64,000 bases of DNA, from IMG/VR virus record IMGVR_UViG_3300017963_000217, positions 35,387 through 99,386 of that record; one strand, given 5' to 3'. A model generated the notes under the pieces. It saw nothing but the letters and a program-made list of their open reading frames with translations. It made no database searches and was not told the origin of the DNA. This document shows, in pieces, positions 9,600 to 19,741 of this stretch; positions within the stretch are counted from its first letter, which is position 1; every line of letters begins with the position of its first letter. Position numbers and translations under genes: made by a program. Origin of the DNA: a virus.

Positions 9600-12500
9600 G
9601 TGTATATGTGGGTACTGGCATACTTCACAGAAGAGGGTCAGCCAGTTACTGGACTGTCACCGACGGTTCTTATAAAGGATGTTGATACTGGTGCAGATGT
9701 TATAGCTGGCGCCTCTATGGATGATATAGGTGACGGGTTTTATAGATATGATTTCAGTGCCTATAATCCTACTAGGAATTATGCTGTAACCTGTGATAGT
9801 ATAACACTATCTGGCGTGGATAGGTATACCTATGCGGCTAGCGGTGAATATGGAGAAGTATTAGATTCTATTGAATCCACCGTTGGTTTGGTTGATATAC
9901 GGACAACTCTACTTAGAAAAATACAAACTAATAGATTAGAACTATTTGATGGAAATACAAATAACTGGATTTTATATGATGACGATGCGGTAACTCCGCT
10001 ACTTACTTTTAGTGTAAGTGATAAAAATGATGATATAATTGTTCAGTGTCCTAATTCTCCCTCAAAAAGATCTGGTGCAGCCGGAGTTAGTGGTACACTA
10101 TCTCCGGATATTTATATGCGCAAATCCGTGTATGATCCTGATGATGATGGATGCGTATCTTGTGCAGAAAATGTAAGTGATGGAATATATACTTCCACGG
10201 CTTCTGGAATAAAATACGCAGTAGATAATGCCCACGATCCTTGTATGATTTGTACTACGTTAGTGAATGAGTCCACTCAAGGAGATCAATTAGTACTAAA
10301 ATACGATGCTGCAACGGACAGGATAATTTATGGTCTTCCAGGCGTGTCTGGTTCAGTTTCTGGTACAATTAGTCATAAATATTTACTAGATCTTGATAGT
10401 GATGATCACTTACAATATGTGCCTAGAGACGGTAGTAGAGGATTTACCAATACTGTTTCTGGTGTATGGCCTACAGAAAGTTATCACTTAACCACCAAAC
10501 AATATGTTGATTTTGCGATAGGCGGTTTGGATTGGCAAGAAAGCGTTCTAAGTATGACAACAGAATATGGAGACGCTGTTGCCTCGGGTACTAATAGATA
10601 TATAGCCCCTTCGACATCTGGGGTATGGACTGAAAATAATGTTTATCAGTGGGATGAAGACAGCATGTCGTGGACAGAATTTGTGTCCAATGAAGGATTC
10701 GCTGCTTGGATAGAAGACACTGATTATGTTTATATCTATAATGGTACAGAGTGGATAAAGTTTAGTTCTATTACACCACATAATAATTTAGCTGGTATAC
10801 AAGGTGGATCATCTAACAATTATTATCATTTAACTCAGTCCGAATATAACACCCTAACATTTGCAGACGCTTCACTTGATGATGCTAGTTTATTACATAT
10901 TCATGATAGCAGATATTATACAGAAACAGAAATAGATGTTATAAGTGGATCTTTACAGTATAATATAGATAATCATACACATGATCATACCGCAATAACC
11001 GACTGGGATGAGGCAGTGTTAGATACTGTAGGTCCAAACATTGTTGGAGCTGGTATCGTCACTGTGACATACGACGATGGTTCTGATTTAATTACTGTTA
11101 GCGGATCGGACACATCTATTACTGATCATGGATTATTATCTGGGCTTGGTGATAATGATCATACTCAATATGTAAATGCGGTAGGTGGACCTCCACTGAC
11201 ACTGGCAGCTCAAACAATAACATTTAATTATGATACTAATGATTTTCAATTAAGTGGTAATAATCTCCAGATTAAGGATAGTGGAATTGATCATGGTAGT
11301 CTGTCAGGGTTGTCCGATAATGATCACCCACAATATATATTACATTTACATCCAGTTGGTACAAATAATTTAGTAGGTGGCCCTAATGCCGGTGCTAGTA
11401 TAGCTGCTGGAGCATCAAATAATATTGTATTAGGTAAAGATGCTGCTAGTAATTTGGCCACGGCTGACAATAATGTTATGATAGGCGTAGAGTCTGGTAA
11501 ATCTGCCACGACTGCCGATTCAAATGTTATGGTGGGATACCAGTCTGGTGAATTTCATACTTCTGGAGATGATAATGTATATATTGGTAATAGCGCGGGA
11601 GCTTCGGCTGGATCTGCTACCGGGCAAGGTATAGGCAATGTTTTTATAGGATCCCAAGTTGCTACAGCAATAACTACTGCAGATCAAAATGTGTCGATTG
11701 GTTATATTGCTGGTCAGAGTTTAACTACGGGAGATGGTAACGTTATTGTTGGAGGATCTGCTGGAAATTCTATTACAACAGGTCAAGGTAATACTATTAT
11801 TGGAAAAGCAGCTGGACTTTCCACAACTGGGTCAAAAAATGTATTTATAGGTTATGAGTCTGGACTAAACGAAACTGGCAGTAATAAGTTATATATAGAC
11901 AATTCAAGCACGACAACACCATTAATATATGGTGATTTTTCTTCCGATTTACTGAGATTTAATGCTGATGTAGAAATCAGAAACGGTAAAGAACTTAGAT
12001 TTTATGATGTTGATAATAGTAATTATGTTGGTTTTGAAGCTCCACCATTAACGAGTAATCAAATATGGGTGTTGCCACCTACTGATGGATTATCTGGTCA
12101 GCAGTTGACTACGGATGGATTGGGTAATTTAACCTGGAGTGCAGCTAGTGTATCAGATCATGAGTTACTAACTAATCTTTATGGTGGATCAGCTAACAAC
12201 CACTATCACTTAACATCTAATCAACATATGTATTTAACTAATGTTAGTGGTATATTAGATGCTAGCAACCAACATATACATGATGATAGATATTACACTG
12301 AATTAGAAATACAACAATTAATAGGTATAAATAAATCTGGATCTGAATCAGTGATTAATGGATCTACAGGAACTTCGGTATCATTTTCTACTGCATTTCC
12401 TAATGATGATTATGCTCTATTTGTTAGTCTTGAGAATATTACAGATTCACCAGCGTCAGAATATGCTATAAATATTGATGGTAAAACAGCATCTGGTTTT

Positions 12501-13085
12501 TCAGTGCATTATTCTGGAGATATAGATTCAGATAATTATATTTTGAATTGGTATGCCACTACGTCTGGTATACATGGGGGAAATTATATTTCCGAACTGG
12601 CGGATGATAGTTCGCCTGAATTAAGTAATGATTTAGATTTAAATAGTTATGGAATAAATTTAGATACAACTCCTAGTGGGCAAGTAGTTTCAACACAGAT
12701 AATTGGTTATAGTGGTGAAATATCCACTATGCAAATTGATTTAAATGATACAGGGTTAAACGGAATAGGGGTTCCATTACATATGAAATCTAATGGACAT
12801 TGGGAAAGGTGTACTGCTGCAAGTGGTACTACTAGAATGCCGTGTGCAGCATTATCTATAGAGCAGGGAACAGGATCAAAAAAAATATTATGGAAAGGCA
12901 TAATGAGAAAAGGATCATGGTCTTGGACGCCAGGGAATATTATTTATGTTTCCACAGTTGATGGAGCATTGACTAGTACAGCACCGATTAATGCGGGTGC
13001 GTGGGTACAGCCTATAGGAGTAGCGATAGCCTCGGATACAATAAGATTTGATACAGGATTTAATCCAGGGGTAATAAATTCTTAG
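9600..13085 (+). CDS. Mosaic fibre protein with His/Asp repeats and YadA-like beta-roll repeats
   Basis: Repeats DHGxLSGLxDxDHxQY, HIHDxRYYTExE, YHLT; about ten NVxIGxxAG-type repeats; domains shared with neighbouring genes. Confidence 0.7.
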   Translation: MYMWVLAYFTEEGQPVTGLSPTVLIKDVDTGADVIAGASMDDIGDGFYRYDFSAYNPTRNYAVTCDSITLSGVDRYTYAASGEYGEVLDSIESTVGLVDIRTTLLRKIQTNRLELFDGNTNNWILYDDDAVTPLLTFSVSDKNDDIIVQCPNSPSKRSGAAGVSGTLSPDIYMRKSVYDPDDDGCVSCAENVSDGIYTSTASGIKYAVDNAHDPCMICTTLVNESTQGDQLVLKYDAATDRIIYGLPGVSGSVSGTISHKYLLDLDSDDHLQYVPRDGSRGFTNTVSGVWPTESYHLTTKQYVDFAIGGLDWQESVLSMTTEYGDAVASGTNRYIAPSTSGVWTENNVYQWDEDSMSWTEFVSNEGFAAWIEDTDYVYIYNGTEWIKFSSITPHNNLAGIQGGSSNNYYHLTQSEYNTLTFADASLDDASLLHIHDSRYYTETEIDVISGSLQYNIDNHTHDHTAITDWDEAVLDTVGPNIVGAGIVTVTYDDGSDLITVSGSDTSITDHGLLSGLGDNDHTQYVNAVGGPPLTLAAQTITFNYDTNDFQLSGNNLQIKDSGIDHGSLSGLSDNDHPQYILHLHPVGTNNLVGGPNAGASIAAGASNNIVLGKDAASNLATADNNVMIGVESGKSATTADSNVMVGYQSGEFHTSGDDNVYIGNSAGASAGSATGQGIGNVFIGSQVATAITTADQNVSIGYIAGQSLTTGDGNVIVGGSAGNSITTGQGNTIIGKAAGLSTTGSKNVFIGYESGLNETGSNKLYIDNSSTTTPLIYGDFSSDLLRFNADVEIRNGKELRFYDVDNSNYVGFEAPPLTSNQIWVLPPTDGLSGQQLTTDGLGNLTWSAASVSDHELLTNLYGGSANNHYHLTSNQHMYLTNVSGILDASNQHIHDDRYYTELEIQQLIGINKSGSESVINGSTGTSVSFSTAFPNDDYALFVSLENITDSPASEYAINIDGKTASGFSVHYSGDIDSDNYILNWYATTSGIHGGNYISELADDSSPELSNDLDLNSYGINLDTTPSGQVVSTQIIGYSGEISTMQIDLNDTGLNGIGVPLHMKSNGHWERCTAASGTTRMPCAALSIEQGTGSKKILWKGIMRKGSWSWTPGNIIYVSTVDGALTSTAPINAGAWVQPIGVAIASDTIRFDTGFNPGVINS

Positions 13086-13100
13086 GGAGGAGTATAAACC

Positions 13101-14690
13101 ATGGCTAAATTTGTAAGCGGTGATTTGAGGCTGAAGGACGACCAAAAGGCTACGTTTGGTACTGACTTAGACTGTTCTATGTTCTGGGACGGATCAGATG
13201 ATCAGTTGAGAGTAACTTGTACTGTTAGTGGCGTTGATCCTATAGAGCCCTATCACTTAACAACAAAATGGTATGTTGACACCGTATTTTCTGGAGTCGA
13301 CGAGCATAATGAATTATTAAATATTCAAGGTGGTACTACAGATCAGTACTACCACATGACTCAGGCACAACACGGTTTATTAACCGACGTTAGCGGCGTG
13401 TTGGATGCAAGTAGTCAACATATTCATGACGATAGATATTTTACTGAAAGTGAAATTACTACAATTAGTGGCGACATAGTGAGCCAGATCATTACAGATC
13501 ATGGAGCTTTGACCGGATTAAATGATGATGACCATCTACAATATGTGCCTAGGACGGGTGTTAGAGGATTCACCGGTACCGTATCTGGTGTTGATCCTAC
13601 GCAGTCCTATCATCTTACTACTAAATGGTATGTAGACCAAGCCGTACAGCAATCTCTGTATGGATTGGATTGGCAGAACAGTGTTATAAGTCAGAATGTT
13701 GCTTTTGGTGACGCCGTGGCTTCTGGTACTAATAGATATATCGCACCAACCACTTCGGGTGACTGGATTGCTGAATATATCTATGAGTGGACTGGTACTT
13801 CATGGTCTGGTATAGAACCTAACGAAGGGTTTGCTACATGGGTAGAAGATGAAGACATTGTATATTTTTATGATGATGCTTATCCAACTGGTGATTGGAT
13901 AAAAATTAGTAGTATGACCCCGCATAATGATTTGAGTGGTTTACAAGGCGGGACGACTAATGAATACTATCATTTGACATCAGACCAATATACTAGCGTT
14001 ACCAATAATGGTGGTGTTGAAGATGCAAGTGATCAGCATACGCATGATGATAGATATTATACAGAGACCGAAGTTGATACTATTAGTGGATCTTTGCAGA
14101 TTCAAATAGACAACAAAGACAACTATCAATATTGGACATTTTCAATAGATGGCACATCTTACGATAATATTACTTCCACCGATACTTTGGATTTTGTAGC
14201 TGGTGCTGGAATGTCAATCACAAGGACAGGTGATGATGAAATTACTTTTGTTGCAACTTCATCTGGTATAGATCATGGTGGTTTGAGTGGTTTAGGGGAT
14301 GATGATCATTTACAGTATGTTCGAGCTGATGGTGGTGTAGGAGATTCACGTGGATTTACTTCTACTGTAAGTGGTGTGTACCCTACACAGTCATACCATC
14401 TAACTACTAAGCAATACGTGGACGATGTTACTGCATCTGGTGGAGTAGATAGGCATGGGAGACTTGCTATAAGTAATGGCAGTAGTCAATTAACTGTAAC
14501 TTTTGCTGATCTTGGGCATGTTAATTATACTGTAAATGCTACTATGGAAAATGACAATGATTCTCCAGCTTCTATTTATGCATTTATTATAACAGGAAGA
14601 ACTTCGAACAGCTTCACTGTAGACTTTTCAGGTGAAATGGATTCTGCTAATTACTATCTGAATTGGATGGTTATAGAGGACGCTGTTTAA
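13101..14690 (+). CDS. Fibre protein, paralogue of 9600..13085
   Basis: Shares GLDWQxSV..GTNRYIAP, YHLTTKxYVD, DDDHLQYV and the C-terminal DSPAS..DSxNYxLNW domain. Confidence 0.7.
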   Translation: MAKFVSGDLRLKDDQKATFGTDLDCSMFWDGSDDQLRVTCTVSGVDPIEPYHLTTKWYVDTVFSGVDEHNELLNIQGGTTDQYYHMTQAQHGLLTDVSGVLDASSQHIHDDRYFTESEITTISGDIVSQIITDHGALTGLNDDDHLQYVPRTGVRGFTGTVSGVDPTQSYHLTTKWYVDQAVQQSLYGLDWQNSVISQNVAFGDAVASGTNRYIAPTTSGDWIAEYIYEWTGTSWSGIEPNEGFATWVEDEDIVYFYDDAYPTGDWIKISSMTPHNDLSGLQGGTTNEYYHLTSDQYTSVTNNGGVEDASDQHTHDDRYYTETEVDTISGSLQIQIDNKDNYQYWTFSIDGTSYDNITSTDTLDFVAGAGMSITRTGDDEITFVATSSGIDHGGLSGLGDDDHLQYVRADGGVGDSRGFTSTVSGVYPTQSYHLTTKQYVDDVTASGGVDRHGRLAISNGSSQLTVTFADLGHVNYTVNATMENDNDSPASIYAFIITGRTSNSFTVDFSGEMDSANYYLNWMVIEDAV

Positions 14691-14710
14691 AAAATAATAT
14701 TCAAACCTTG

Positions 14711-14738
14711 GCTGCTCGGGTTTAAAAGCTCGAGCAGC
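14711..14738 (+). terminator. Stem-loop after the fibre gene
   Basis: GCTGCTCGGGTT / AGCTCGAGCAGC stem; no U-tract. Confidence 0.5.
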
Positions 14739-14767
14739 GTTCCAAATTGGATGGAGGTACAGGTTTA

Positions 14768-15631
14768 ATGGTTAAGATTAGGACATACGATATTTTTATA
14801 ACTGATAATGATAAACTTATATTCGGCGACGACTTTGACAGCGAGTTGTTTTGGGACAACCCTGATCAAGAACTTCGTTTGACCACTACTATTAGCGGAG
14901 TGGATCCTACACAATCCTACCATTTAACTACCAAATATTATGTAGATCAGGGAGATATAGATAATTTTCTTGAGTTAACAGATACACCTGTTACTTATAG
15001 TGGATACGCGGATTATATAGTGACTGTAAATCCTACAGAAACTGGTTTGATATTTGATGATATAAGTAATGCGCTGAGTGGTACTATATCTCATAGTAGT
15101 TTATTGGATTTAGATGCTGATGATCATTTGCAGTACGTACCAAGGGATGGATCTAGAGGATTTACATCAACTGTAAGTGGTGTATATCCAACAGAAGACT
15201 ACCATTTGACTACTAAAGAGTATGTTGACTTTTCAGTAGCTACATTGTCTGGTCTTTTTGGGGGGTATAATAAATATGCACAGTCCGTAGCAGAGTCCTC
15301 AACAAACAGCACTGCATACATAGAAAAAGTTAATTTAACGACGGTTGATGTGCCTGAAGGGGTATATAGAATAGGATGGACTTGGGAATGGAGACATAGT
15401 AAATCTAATACTAATTTTTTAGCTAGAGTTCAAATAGATGACACTACAAATGTCTATGTATTTTCAAGTAGTCCTATTGTAGATGTTAACACTTGGCGTT
15501 TAGTTACGGGATTTAGTCATCAGACCCTTACTTCAGGTGTTCATACTATAGATATAGATTATGCTTCATCTAGCGCGGGTTCCACATCTTATATTAGAAA
15601 TGTCGAAATAGAATTTTGGAGGGCTGAATAA
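14768..15631 (+). CDS. Fibre-family virion protein
   Basis: N-half paralogous to 13101; C-terminal beta-sandwich (ESSTxS..GxYRIGW..YIRxxxIEFW) shared with the next two genes. ATG 14768 follows SD GGAGG. Confidence 0.65.
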   Translation: MVKIRTYDIFITDNDKLIFGDDFDSELFWDNPDQELRLTTTISGVDPTQSYHLTTKYYVDQGDIDNFLELTDTPVTYSGYADYIVTVNPTETGLIFDDISNALSGTISHSSLLDLDADDHLQYVPRDGSRGFTSTVSGVYPTEDYHLTTKEYVDFSVATLSGLFGGYNKYAQSVAESSTNSTAYIEKVNLTTVDVPEGVYRIGWTWEWRHSKSNTNFLARVQIDDTTNVYVFSSSPIVDVNTWRLVTGFSHQTLTSGVHTIDIDYASSSAGSTSYIRNVEIEFWRAE

Positions 15632-16560
15632 TGTCAGTAGATTATCAATATACTAAAAGTCCTGTGGATCCAGATTCTCTCAGACTGGAAATATTAGACG
15701 AGAGCAATATAACTACAGAATTTGAGTACTCTATGTTTACTGCGCCGGATGATTTGACTTTACGGTTTGTTAGCACACTATCTCCTACAGAGGAATTATA
15801 TTTGGATGCCGTTGTTTCTGGCCATGCTGGTATAACAGAATATGTGCCTTCTACATGGGTGATGGTTTCTACTGGTGACGGTACTGGTTACTTTTATCCC
15901 ATAGATGTTTCTCTGTCTGGAGTAAGCCTTAGTCAGTATATACAGGATTCATTATATTTTACTAATTTATACGACGTGCCAAACACTTATAGTGGATCAC
16001 AGTATTTATATCCAAGAGTAAATTCTACTGTATCTGGGTTAGAATTTGCGCCTGCTGACGCTCTCTATTTAAATGGGATTGTGGTAGATAATTCAAGTTT
16101 GGCTGATGGATATATATTAAGATATAACGAGGATGCTGATGATTTACAGTATGAAAGCATAAGAAATATTATACGAGAAGAATATGGTGTATTCGGTGAA
16201 AATGCTACTCATACAGAATCAGAAGAAGAATCTTCTACAACTAGTGATCTATGGCAAGAAAAACTTAGTTGTACTATTTCAGGATTAGAATACGGATCAT
16301 ATAGAATAGGTTGGAGATACCAATGGCAGATAGACAACAGTAATTTCAAATTTAGAGCGCGATTACAATTAAATGATGATTTTGAAGCTATGTATCACGA
16401 AGAAAGACCGGCTAATGCAGGATCTTGGTCTGGAGAATCAGGTTTTTACTATGTGACTACTTCAGGTACTTTAAAAATGGATTTAGACTTTGCTTCGGAA
16501 ACCACTGGTAAAACAGCCTCTATCAGGAGGGCGCGTTTAGAATTTTGGGGGGTAAGTTAA
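15631..16560 (+). CDS. Fibre-family virion protein
   Basis: N-terminus similar to 16560 and 17506; C-terminal domain similar to 14768 and 16560. Confidence 0.6.
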   Translation: MSVDYQYTKSPVDPDSLRLEILDESNITTEFEYSMFTAPDDLTLRFVSTLSPTEELYLDAVVSGHAGITEYVPSTWVMVSTGDGTGYFYPIDVSLSGVSLSQYIQDSLYFTNLYDVPNTYSGSQYLYPRVNSTVSGLEFAPADALYLNGIVVDNSSLADGYILRYNEDADDLQYESIRNIIREEYGVFGENATHTESEEESSTTSDLWQEKLSCTISGLEYGSYRIGWRYQWQIDNSNFKFRARLQLNDDFEAMYHEERPANAGSWSGESGFYYVTTSGTLKMDLDFASETTGKTASIRRARLEFWGVS

Positions 16561-17504
16561 TGAATGTGAAATATGATTTTAATTTAAGCAAGTTTCCAAA
16601 TAGTACAGTAAATGGCGGCATTCTTCATAAAGAGGTTGAAAATACTTCTATATCTGGATTTTTGTATATAAATGTTGATCCAAACGGCGCCGAAGTATGG
16701 TTTGATAATACTCTATCTGCTGAAGATGAAATTACTCTTAGTGGAGTTATATCTTCTCACGGTGGAGAGGCGCTTCTTTCTTTAGCAGAAGTAATAGCGG
16801 ATGAGCCTATCGGCAAGTCGAAGGCTGTTTATATATATACTGCAAATAGAGTAAGATTAGCAAAAGCGGATTCAGAAGATACTTTACCTCCTATGGGGTT
16901 TACTATAGATACAGTTTCTAGTGGAGAAACAATATTTATACAGACTAATGATATTTTAGGTGGTTTTTCGGGATTAATTCCTGGTGCAGAGTATTATTTA
17001 AGTCAAACCGTTGCCGGCGAAATAACAACTCAAAAACCACAAACTGGAGCAGTAGTTAGAGTTGGCACAGCTAAAAACAGCACAGAAATGGATATACATC
17101 TGATGAGATTGGAAGAAGAAATTCAAAGTGATTATGCCGTCTCTGATGGAGAATCATCAACTACATCAACATCATGGCAAGAAAAAACTAATTTGCAGAC
17201 CTCTAATATTCCAGCTGGAACTTATGAAATTAGTTGGTTTTTTGAGTGGTCTTTTTCAAGGACAACGCCTCCCGGTGCTAAGTTCGGTGTGCATGTAAAT
17301 TGGGGTGCTATCACAGTATCTGAAATAGATATCACACCTACTCAATCATACGGAGACGGAGGTTTTTATGCTTCAAGTGGTTTTGGTTATGTAGATTTAG
17401 ATAGTGGAAGTCATAAGATTGCTATAAATTATAGAGCTGGTGGAGATTCATCTACTGCATATATTAGAAGAGCGAGAATAAAAATATTAAGGATACCTGA
17501 TTAA
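16560..17504 (+). CDS. Fibre-family virion protein
   Basis: Middle domain (KAVY..LAKAD..GFSGLxPGAxYYLSQTxAGEITTQKP) nearly identical to 17506; TAATG-coupled start at 16560. Confidence 0.6.
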   Translation: MNVKYDFNLSKFPNSTVNGGILHKEVENTSISGFLYINVDPNGAEVWFDNTLSAEDEITLSGVISSHGGEALLSLAEVIADEPIGKSKAVYIYTANRVRLAKADSEDTLPPMGFTIDTVSSGETIFIQTNDILGGFSGLIPGAEYYLSQTVAGEITTQKPQTGAVVRVGTAKNSTEMDIHLMRLEEEIQSDYAVSDGESSTTSTSWQEKTNLQTSNIPAGTYEISWFFEWSFSRTTPPGAKFGVHVNWGAITVSEIDITPTQSYGDGGFYASSGFGYVDLDSGSHKIAINYRAGGDSSTAYIRRARIKILRIPD

Positions 17505-17505
17505 A

Positions 17506-18423
17506 ATGTCTGTAAAATACACCTATTCAATTCAAAATGATTTTACTAATTCTCAAATTAATCCTACTAGGTTAACAAGAGAAATTGAAGGTAGTAGTAT
17601 ATCTGGAACTCTGGAATATATTAATACAAATTCCGACGTTTGTGATCTCTATTTTGAATCCAGCTTGAGTGGCGCGGACGAATCAACTCTTAGTGGTTGT
17701 ATAACCACACACTCTGGTATTTTCAGTGAAATAGTGGCTGGAGAAAATATTGGATCCTTAAAGGCTGTTTATATGAGTGGCACGGGAGAGGTAAAACTAG
17801 CAAAAGCTGATACAGAAGACACAGCATCTTGTATAGGCCTGACACCTGAATCGGCCTCAATCGGTGAAGGGATTTCAGTGTATTATTCAGGGCTTATAAG
17901 GGGATTTTCTGGACTAACTCCGGGAGCGAAATATTATCTAAGTCAAACTAATGCTGGTGAGATAACAACCCAAAAACCGGATGACGGAATTATAGTTAGG
18001 GTTGGAATAGCTATGAATTCTAAAGAACTAAATATTCATATTCTAAGATTAACATTGTTAGAGTGGAAACAGTCTGTACGGGATATTAGCTTTGCTTTTG
18101 GTGATGTTATAACGAAAGGTACAACATGGAGAAGTATAAGGCGCTTTACATTTAAAGGGTCTGATGATCTTGGAATTCCGACTGGTTGTAAATCTGTTGC
18201 TTATATGGGTGTGTCGGGTCAAACAGGGTCTTTACAAGTATATGATACCACAAATAATAATGTGATAGCTAGTATAAATAATATTACTAGCACTGATCCG
18301 TATGACTATGAAGCACCGTGCTATAATATTCCAACAGATAAAGCTATTTTTGAGATTAGAGCGCAGACAGACCCACCTAGTGCTAATATGTATATTGACT
18401 CATTTTTATTAGAGTTCGTATAA
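17506..18423 (+). CDS. Fibre-family virion protein, paralogue of 16560 with a different C-terminal domain
   Basis: Shared N-terminal and middle domains; unrelated C-terminus. Confidence 0.6.
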   Translation: MSVKYTYSIQNDFTNSQINPTRLTREIEGSSISGTLEYINTNSDVCDLYFESSLSGADESTLSGCITTHSGIFSEIVAGENIGSLKAVYMSGTGEVKLAKADTEDTASCIGLTPESASIGEGISVYYSGLIRGFSGLTPGAKYYLSQTNAGEITTQKPDDGIIVRVGIAMNSKELNIHILRLTLLEWKQSVRDISFAFGDVITKGTTWRSIRRFTFKGSDDLGIPTGCKSVAYMGVSGQTGSLQVYDTTNNNVIASINNITSTDPYDYEAPCYNIPTDKAIFEIRAQTDPPSANMYIDSFLLEFV

Positions 18424-18464
18424 TAAAGTAATATTCACTGTAATTTATAGTAAGGAGAAACGAG

Positions 18465-19244
18465 ATGGTCGATGTATATAAATATAGATTATATTGTATG
18501 ACGGAGGACAAATATGTGGATACGTGGGATGAATCCACTCCAACCGCATGTCCAAATAATAACACACATACTATTATTTCGGGATCAATTTCCATTATAG
18601 ATGTTCAGATAGATGATGGTCCTAGAATGGTAGACGATGGCCGGCCTATTGTTAGAGCTGATACCAGACCATTAGGTACTCAAACATATTTTACCATGAG
18701 AGGAGACGATCTTGATAATGGTACTTTTGGAGATGGTCAAGACTTTAGATGGGATTTTTCTAATGATGATAATCCATATGACCCGAGTTTAGTTGAGAAT
18801 GGACCAACTATAGCTAGTGGATTTAAGGCTAAGAGGATAGATTTATCTTTTACAGATCCTGTTTATTTGAAGGATGGTGATATGTACTTTTTTGATGCGC
18901 CTTGGGGAGCTTATGGTAATATGTACATCACTGTTCCATCCGGTAATTATTATCCAAATCCTAATGGTACTATACCTGCTTATATACTAGGACTGTCTGG
19001 TGACGATATGTATTCTTATGCTACTAAAGATGTGTTCTATGCTTGTTATGTAAATAGCCATTTTATGTATGGTGATTGTCCTATGGGTAATGAACTGAAT
19101 GCCGAGGGGTCACAAACCGACCCAGTTCCATCGGGATGGTATTTAACCGCATTATTATTTGCTCCAGAAGATAACACGACTTTTAAGGGATTTTCGTTGT
19201 TTGAGATGTATAGGCAGACATTAGGACCTTTGCCAGGGGAATAG
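18465..19244 (+). CDS. Hypothetical virion protein
   Basis: 259 aa; SD AAGGAG; N-terminal C..C..H cluster. Confidence 0.55.
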   Translation: MVDVYKYRLYCMTEDKYVDTWDESTPTACPNNNTHTIISGSISIIDVQIDDGPRMVDDGRPIVRADTRPLGTQTYFTMRGDDLDNGTFGDGQDFRWDFSNDDNPYDPSLVENGPTIASGFKAKRIDLSFTDPVYLKDGDMYFFDAPWGAYGNMYITVPSGNYYPNPNGTIPAYILGLSGDDMYSYATKDVFYACYVNSHFMYGDCPMGNELNAEGSQTDPVPSGWYLTALLFAPEDNTTFKGFSLFEMYRQTLGPLPGE

Positions 19245-19261
19245 GGAGAAAGATAATACAG

Positions 19262-19741
19262 ATGTGGATAACTACATATTTTCATATAGCTGGTGCACCT
19301 GCTGAGGGACTATCTCCTATTGTTAGGATAAGAGATGTAGAGTCTGCGGGCACCGTTGTAGAAACTGGTACCATGGACGATCTTGGAGACGGCATTTATA
19401 CATATGAGTTTACCGGATATGATATAACTACTGAATATGCTATATTGTGCGATGCAGTGACTCTTCCTAATAATTATAGGTATAAACATTTGTCTAGTGG
19501 AGAATACGGCGACGTTATAGGTACTGTAAATATTTTAAGCGATAATATTGATATACGGACTTTATTGATAAGAAAAATACTGACTAATAAATTGGAATTA
19601 TTTGACGGGGGAATTGATAATTGGATACTGTACGATGACGATTCTTCTACTGTTTTGACCACGTGGGATGTAACTGATAAAGATGATACTGATATAGAAC
19701 AGGATGCTCTTACAGATGCTAAAAGATCTAAGGGGGTTTAA
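19262..19741 (+). CDS. Stand-alone paralogue of the N-terminal domain of fibre 9600
   Basis: Aligns along its length with residues ~3-160 of 9600 (GLSP, MDDxGDG, SGEYG, NxLELFDG, NWILYDDD). Confidence 0.7.
   Translation: MWITTYFHIAGAPAEGLSPIVRIRDVESAGTVVETGTMDDLGDGIYTYEFTGYDITTEYAILCDAVTLPNNYRYKHLSSGEYGDVIGTVNILSDNIDIRTLLIRKILTNKLELFDGGIDNWILYDDDSSTVLTTWDVTDKDDTDIEQDALTDAKRSKGV

Noticed and set aside
9600-18423. Diversity-generating retroelement or invertible cassette acting on the fibre genes
   Set aside because: No reverse transcriptase, recombinase or adenine-specific repeat pair was seen; the repeats look like diverged protein paralogy.
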